Shown: positions 63,321 through 64,000 of the stretch, piece by piece
Position numbering within the stretch: position 1 is the first letter of the stretch
How the letters are laid out: each line of letters starts with the position of its first letter
Assembly (NCBI RefSeq): GCF_009834535.1
Contig: NC_045697.1
Location: 108,750,001-108,814,000 of the forward strand
Origin: Camelus ferus
Lineage: Eukaryota
Direction of reading: 5' to 3'
Length of the DNA: 64,000 nt
Translations under genes and position numbers: made by a program
The notes under the pieces: generated by a model
Database searches by the model: none
The model's input: the letters and a program-made list of their open reading frames with translations, nothing else
Told to the model about the DNA's origin: nothing

Positions 63321-64000
63321 AAAAACCTCTTCTTTGACCGTCTTTAAGGATGGAGAATTATTCTGGCCAGGAACAGAGTAAGAGAAAACTCACTGTTTTC
63401 ACATACAAACATTAGCATGCTGAAAAAGCAGTGAGAAAAAAAATGTGCTTGCATCTGTGTGGAAAACTGGCAGGACAGGCTCCAGGAATGAAAAGCTACC
63501 TCTGGAGAGGGACAGTGAAAACTGGGTTGGAATGGGGGTGGGGGGTGTGGAGGAGGAGGGGAAGTAAAGATCTCCTTTAATGCACTTCGATGCTACTGGG
63601 AAAAACGTAATATGTGTATTACCTTCTTTATATGAAAAACCAGAAACAAAAAGATGTTGGGAAAAAGAGATCTACAATTATGGAATGCCTTTCAGGCCAG
63701 GTAGGTTGGTGATGCCTGCAGAGAAGACAGACAACTCAATGGGAAAGCTTGAGTTTTTAAGAGAAATTGTATATCAGAATAGGAGTCTCTAGTCAGCAAA
63801 GATGGCAGGAGGAGTTAGAAAAGAGGAAGTGTTTTTGAGTTCAATGCCCAGGAAATGAAGTTTTCTTCTAGCAGCTTCTGTGGACAGAATCCAGAGACGC
63901 TACTAAGTCTGCACATGGATGGCTGCAAAAACATCTTTTATAAAAGGTGGGCTGAGAGTGGGGAAAGGCATCAGACATGGAACTTTAAAAAGCCTTGCTT

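Noticed and set aside
63580..64000. Possible processed pseudogene at the window end
   Set aside because: No recognisable protein in the frames I examined; stops are frequent.

Overview
Mammalian genomic DNA, most likely a camelid, inferred from eight copies of a tRNA-derived SINE resembling the camelid vic-1 family. The window holds one complete protein-coding gene, TMEM154, on the minus strand. I assembled 7 coding exons by hand, all with GT-AG boundaries: 51431-51518, 31525-31785, 31396-31434, 24552-24579, 23029-23114, 20939-20999 and 11476-11491. Together they give 579 nt and a 192-aa type I membrane protein (signal peptide, acidic S/T-rich ectodomain, one TM helix, acidic tail). The rest is a CpG-rich promoter, a long 3' UTR and typical repeats (L1, L2, MIR, MaLR/ERV LTRs, hAT MITEs, SINEs, microsatellites). 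Repeat family names come from recognition only and were not checked against a database. There are no prokaryotic features, and almost all ORFs in the supplied track are spurious. The best lead is a hypothesis in intron 1: a sense-oriented solo LTR with a CCAAT array, octamer and TATA box but a degenerate poly(A) signal sits just upstream of an 86-nt cryptic exon. That exon carries a TGA-cc-ATG stop/restart in frame with exon 2, so it could give a signal-peptide-less TMEM154 isoform or act as a poison exon. Other leads are a candidate intron-6 polyadenylation isoform ending -RYF, a templated-insertion scar, and an inverted SINE pair. None of these is demonstrated without expression data.
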